From: Ignavibacteria bacterium
Lineage (GTDB): Bacteria > Bacteroidota > Ignavibacteria > Kapaibacteriales > UBA961
NCBI GenBank assembly: GCA_016720145.1
Contig: JADJXV010000002.1
Location: 152,279 to 216,278, forward strand
Direction: 5' to 3'
DNA length: 64,000 nt
This document shows positions 60,349 to 64,000 of this stretch, piece by piece (position 1 is the first letter of the stretch; every line of letters begins with the position of its first letter). The notes beneath the pieces are model-generated. The model did not search any database. It saw only the letters and a program-made list of their open reading frames with translations, and was not told the origin of the DNA. Position numbers and translations under genes: made by a program.

Positions 60349-62907
60349 TTACTGTATTCGAAGTGTTTGTCCGGCACGAATGTCTGATTTATTACCGAGC
60401 TTGTTTTTTGTTCGAAGTGTTGCAATTGAAACTCCAAATTTTTCAGCTATTTCTGCAAGAGAGTCTCCGGAACGCACTTTGTAATGCTTTGGTAAATGAG
60501 ATATCTCACGTGATTGAGCCTCAGCACTACCTTTGGATATCTGGCTTCCGAAAACTTTTAGCTGTTCACCTGCAATTATCCTATCCTTTTTAAGTGTTGG
60601 ATTCCAAGAACGAAGTTCATCATCTTTCACACCGTACAAAGCTGCTATTTCACCCAAATTTTCACCTTTTTTTACTTTGTGATATTTCACTGATGATGCA
60701 GCTAACCGCGTATTTTTTTTCTCACTCGATTGAGATGCTGAGTATGATGATGAACTAGATGAAATAGCTGGTATTGTTAGTATTTGACCGGCTACAATCG
60801 AAGATGTGCGCTTAATTCGGTTTGTTTTCTTAAGTGTTTCTACCGTTACATTATAATCATCTGCTATTTGAGCTAGAGTTTCGCCTCTTACTATTTTATG
60901 AGTTAGAGACTTAGCATACTGATTGTTAATATTTTTCTCTGTCGTTTTTTGGCTGGATAAAGTAGTACTTATTTCTTTATCGGGTGCGATTATGAGTTTA
61001 CTGCCTAGCTGAACAATATCATTTCCTATAGATATGTTATTCCAATTCCTCAAGTCAGTTAGTCGAACCCCATACCTTTGTGAAATGCTGTAAAGTGATT
61101 CTCCTGCACGTGTAGTATGTGTGATGGTTTTAGAACGATCTACTTGGATTGCTTCGCTGTCCAAAGTTTTGTCATTTGACTTTTCAGTAGATCTTTCTAA
61201 TTGTTTGTCTTGAGAGTGTTCAAATTGTTTTTCGGCTATATTTCCTGATTGGAGTGCGTTTGATGACTGTCCATTATTTTGAACTGTAACTTGTTCGGAC
61301 TGTGTTGCGCTCTCAACTGATTCAGCTTTGGATTGAATAGTCGACGCTATGAGCACAGGCGCAGCATTATTCGTTGATTCCATCGGTACTCTAAGTGTAG
61401 TACCTCGTTTGAGTTTTGTTTTATATCCGGTAATTTGATTGAGTGAAGCAATTTCTTGTGAAGGTACTCCGTATTGAGTTGCAATAGAAGAAAGCGTTTC
61501 ACCTTTTTTTACTTCATGCATTGTCCAAGGTCGCTTCTCATCATCAGCTAACATTGCAAAACTTGTAGAAAATACATCCTTTTTTCCTATAGGGAGCTTT
61601 AAACTATAGGCACCGGCTGTCGGTGGAGTACAAATACTTACCAATTCTGTATTGAGCATACGAAGCTCTTGAATTGAAAGATCTGCGCATTTTGCTAATG
61701 ATTTAATACTGACAGGTTCCGTAATTGATATAGTTTCATATTGATATTCCGGTTCGAAATTCAGCTCTTCCTGACTAAATCCATAATTTTCAGGATTCAG
61801 TGTAATGAGAGTGGTAGCTATATAAAGTGGTACGTAGCTTCTAGTCTCCCGAGGTAAATTCTCGCGAATATCCCAAAAAGTAGCATGCTCGGATTTTGCT
61901 TTTGCTAATGCTCGTCGAATTGATCCATTCGGACCGCAATTATAGGCAGCAAGAGCTAAATGCCAGTCACCAAATTCATTATATAAGCTGCGAAGATACC
62001 GCATAGCTGCGCGAGTTGATTTTTCTGGATCACGGCGTTCGTCAACCCAGAAATTAACATTAAGGTTATAATCTGTAGCAGCAGCTTGCGTAAACTGCCA
62101 CAATCCTACTGCCTTGGCGCGAGATACAGCATTTGGATTTAATGCACTTTCTATCATCGAAAGATACATAATTTCCTCAGGCATACCTTCTTCTTTTGCA
62201 ATGCGACGCATCATTGGGAACCATTTAGTTCCTCGCTCAAGCCAATGTTTAAAAAATTTACGACCACGTTCTTGTGTTAAAAACGCAAGGCTTTTCTCGA
62301 CAGATTCGTTATTTACTAAAGGGATTGTAAGGGAAGGGAGGGAAGATGTTACCGGAAACTTAAGCGAAGGATACGTTTTGATTGTCGTTACTTCGGGTCG
62401 GCTATCTCGAGAATATGCATCAACTTCGGCGAATAACTTTTCTCTTAAAATAAAAGCTGAAGAATTTTCGGAGAGGTTATCAATATTTTGAATATAACTC
62501 TCATAATCTTCGATAATTGACTGAGCTAAATCTGTAAAGTCTTCATTTTGTTCGATATTAGGATAGCTCACCAACCCGTGAAGTAGTTCTATGGCAGATT
62601 CGAATTGAGTAGTAGCGCCAATCGTATCTTGCTTTTCAATTGAAGTGAGAGCACGTAAATATTTTTGACGTGCTTTTTCTAATTTTTGACTAATTGGACT
62701 CGTTACACCTTTTTGAGTCTTATCATCAAAATCTGAATACTCATCTGGAAAAGTAGGTGCTTTTGTAGCGGTATTGATGTGCGTTGGCTGTAATCTACTC
62801 GTAGCCTGCTGGGCTGAAACCGTTTGCTCACAAACAACAAACGTGCATGCTGAACTGAAGCAGAAAAGTACTGCTAAGAAAACAAGGCGCTGCTTTGATA
62901 TCACCAT
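60349..62907 (-). CDS. Membrane-bound lytic murein transglycosylase D-like protein with an SLT domain plus about five LysM repeats
   Basis: SLT motifs are ...ESALNPNAVSRAKAVGLWQFTQAAA... and ...AAYNCGP... There are multiple LysM units (...YKVKKGENLGEIAALYGV..., ...HKIVRGETLAQIADDYNV..., and others). Confidence 0.85.
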   Translation of the reverse strand: MVISKQRLVFLAVLFCFSSACTFVVCEQTVSAQQATSRLQPTHINTATKAPTFPDEYSDFDDKTQKGVTSPISQKLEKARQKYLRALTSIEKQDTIGATTQFESAIELLHGLVSYPNIEQNEDFTDLAQSIIEDYESYIQNIDNLSENSSAFILREKLFAEVDAYSRDSRPEVTTIKTYPSLKFPVTSSLPSLTIPLVNNESVEKSLAFLTQERGRKFFKHWLERGTKWFPMMRRIAKEEGMPEEIMYLSMIESALNPNAVSRAKAVGLWQFTQAAATDYNLNVNFWVDERRDPEKSTRAAMRYLRSLYNEFGDWHLALAAYNCGPNGSIRRALAKAKSEHATFWDIRENLPRETRSYVPLYIATTLITLNPENYGFSQEELNFEPEYQYETISITEPVSIKSLAKCADLSIQELRMLNTELVSICTPPTAGAYSLKLPIGKKDVFSTSFAMLADDEKRPWTMHEVKKGETLSSIATQYGVPSQEIASLNQITGYKTKLKRGTTLRVPMESTNNAAPVLIASTIQSKAESVESATQSEQVTVQNNGQSSNALQSGNIAEKQFEHSQDKQLERSTEKSNDKTLDSEAIQVDRSKTITHTTRAGESLYSISQRYGVRLTDLRNWNNISIGNDIVQLGSKLIIAPDKEISTTLSSQKTTEKNINNQYAKSLTHKIVRGETLAQIADDYNVTVETLKKTNRIKRTSSIVAGQILTIPAISSSSSSYSASQSSEKKNTRLAASSVKYHKVKKGENLGEIAALYGVKDDELRSWNPTLKKDRIIAGEQLKVFGSQISKGSAEAQSREISHLPKHYKVRSGDSLAEIAEKFGVSIATLRTKNKLGNKSDIRAGQTLRIQ

Positions 62908-63403
62908 GTTATCCTCCTCTTTTAATAATATAAACTGTCAATTTGAAGCCAAACCCTATATGAAGGAATGGCAATATAACCCATCTGAGCCTAAAACACA
63001 ACTTAATTCTTCTTCATAAATAAAAATATTACGCAATCAAAGATAGTGCCAAAAAGCCATTCTATTTAATTTGATATAATATCATAAGTCATTTAGAGAA
63101 AATAAAATACAGAATAATAGTACTTAGATGTTTGTATAATAATACGAATATATTAACCCATCAATCATCAGTTCTCTTTCTCTCTATAATTACGTTGCTC
63201 CAACGACAATACTCAATCTATACATAGTTGTTCAATTGTACTATTTATCTGGAAATCTCATCTATTTCCAGACACAACTTTGACATACCGCAGACATAAC
63301 GCTGACATAAGCCCTCCCCAAGCCCCGTACTTTTGCGACACTTCTTTGTAATAATTCTATTGCAAGGCTCAAATAACTTGTTTAATTATAAAGGTTTAAT
63401 TGC

Positions 63404-64000
63404 ATGGCACATTCTCTGATCTATCTCGATCGCAACGAGAGCAACTATGGTCCGGCTCCCAAATGCTACGACGTACTCCGCACTGCCGGGCTTGAGTCGA
63501 TGAGCTGGTATTCCCGCGAATTCGGCACCGGCTCTAAAAGTATTCTTACAGCACGGCTTGCCGCTGATTTACAAATTGATGAGAGCAGTATCATCCTCGG
63601 CTATGGAGCAGAAGACCTGCTCAAGCAATCAGTGCAATGCTTTCTCACAAAAGATGATACAATACTCATTCCATCCTATTCATGGTGGTACTACAAGCAA
63701 TTAGCCGCTGAAGTCGGATGCAAACAAGCTGAATATCCGCTGGTTATTCGTGAAAACGGTTACGAATACGATATCGATTCTTTCCTTGAAATTTATTCCG
63801 AAGTTAAGCCTTCAATGGTCTTCATTAGTTCTCCCAATAATCCTACCGGTAACGCTATCTCCCCAATCGAACTCCACGAAATCCTCCACCACCTCTCCGA
63901 ATCTATCGTCGTTCTCGACGAAGCTTACTCCTCCAAAAGTACTAATAGCATGATGAAAGAGCTCTTGACTAAGCATCCGAACCTAATCATCATGCGCACC
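63404..64000 (+). CDS. PLP-dependent class I/II aminotransferase (histidinol-phosphate aminotransferase-like), 3' truncated by the window end
   Basis: There is an ATG at 63404. ...LDRNESNYGP... and ...FISSPNNPTGNAIS...VVLDEAY... are aminotransferase motifs. The ORF runs off the window. Confidence 0.65.
   Translation, partial: MAHSLIYLDRNESNYGPAPKCYDVLRTAGLESMSWYSREFGTGSKSILTARLAADLQIDESSIILGYGAEDLLKQSVQCFLTKDDTILIPSYSWWYYKQLAAEVGCKQAEYPLVIRENGYEYDIDSFLEIYSEVKPSMVFISSPNNPTGNAISPIELHEILHHLSESIVVLDEAYSSKSTNSMMKELLTKHPNLIIMRT

Noticed and set aside
57860-60349. A prophage or lysis cassette (holin-like gene next to a lytic transglycosylase)
   Set aside because: The DUF360/holin_4_2-like gene is a lone small membrane protein. 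The transglycosylase is a chromosomal MltD-type enzyme with LysM repeats and a signal peptide. The DNA between them is a group II intron. No phage structural or integrase genes are present.

Overview
This window is a bacterial chromosomal segment that looks like an FCB-group organism (Bacteroidota, Ignavibacteria or Chlorobi-like). The clues are type-A T9SS C-terminal sorting domains, an lpxC-fabZ fusion, tandem skp genes and a DUF1573 protein. I could not run any search or HMM tool, so family calls rest on motifs I can read in the translations.

The conserved core is intact. It includes the rpoC-rpoB, rplL-rplJ-rplA-rplK, nusG, secE string on the minus strand, followed by five tRNAs with no tuf gene. 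It also includes the envelope cluster uppS, bamA, skp, skp, lpxD, lpxC/fabZ, lpxA and a WbaP-like sugar transferase. Also present are ddl, a PfkB kinase, IHF/HU, MltD-like LysM transglycosylase and a partial aminotransferase at the right edge.

The accessory part is the interesting part:
- nuoL-nuoM-nuoN is present without nuoA-K nearby, and it is interrupted twice. A DUF420 membrane protein sits between nuoL and nuoM. A roughly 2.9 kb insert sits between nuoM and nuoN, carrying an orphan HicB-like antitoxin, a 23S rRNA 3'-domain-like fragment, a diverged 89-bp duplicate of the nuoM 3' tail, a T9SS-secreted glycoside-hydrolase-like protein and a small ORF.
- A group II intron lies at about 58220..60200, with a GUGCG 5' end and a textbook domain V. 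Its reverse transcriptase/maturase is frameshifted.
- Six otherwise full-length genes carry lesions: four 1-nt homopolymer-associated frameshifts and three in-frame TAG codons. None fall in the roughly 25 kb of housekeeping genes.

Coordinates read by hand outside the ORF track may be off by 1-2 nt.
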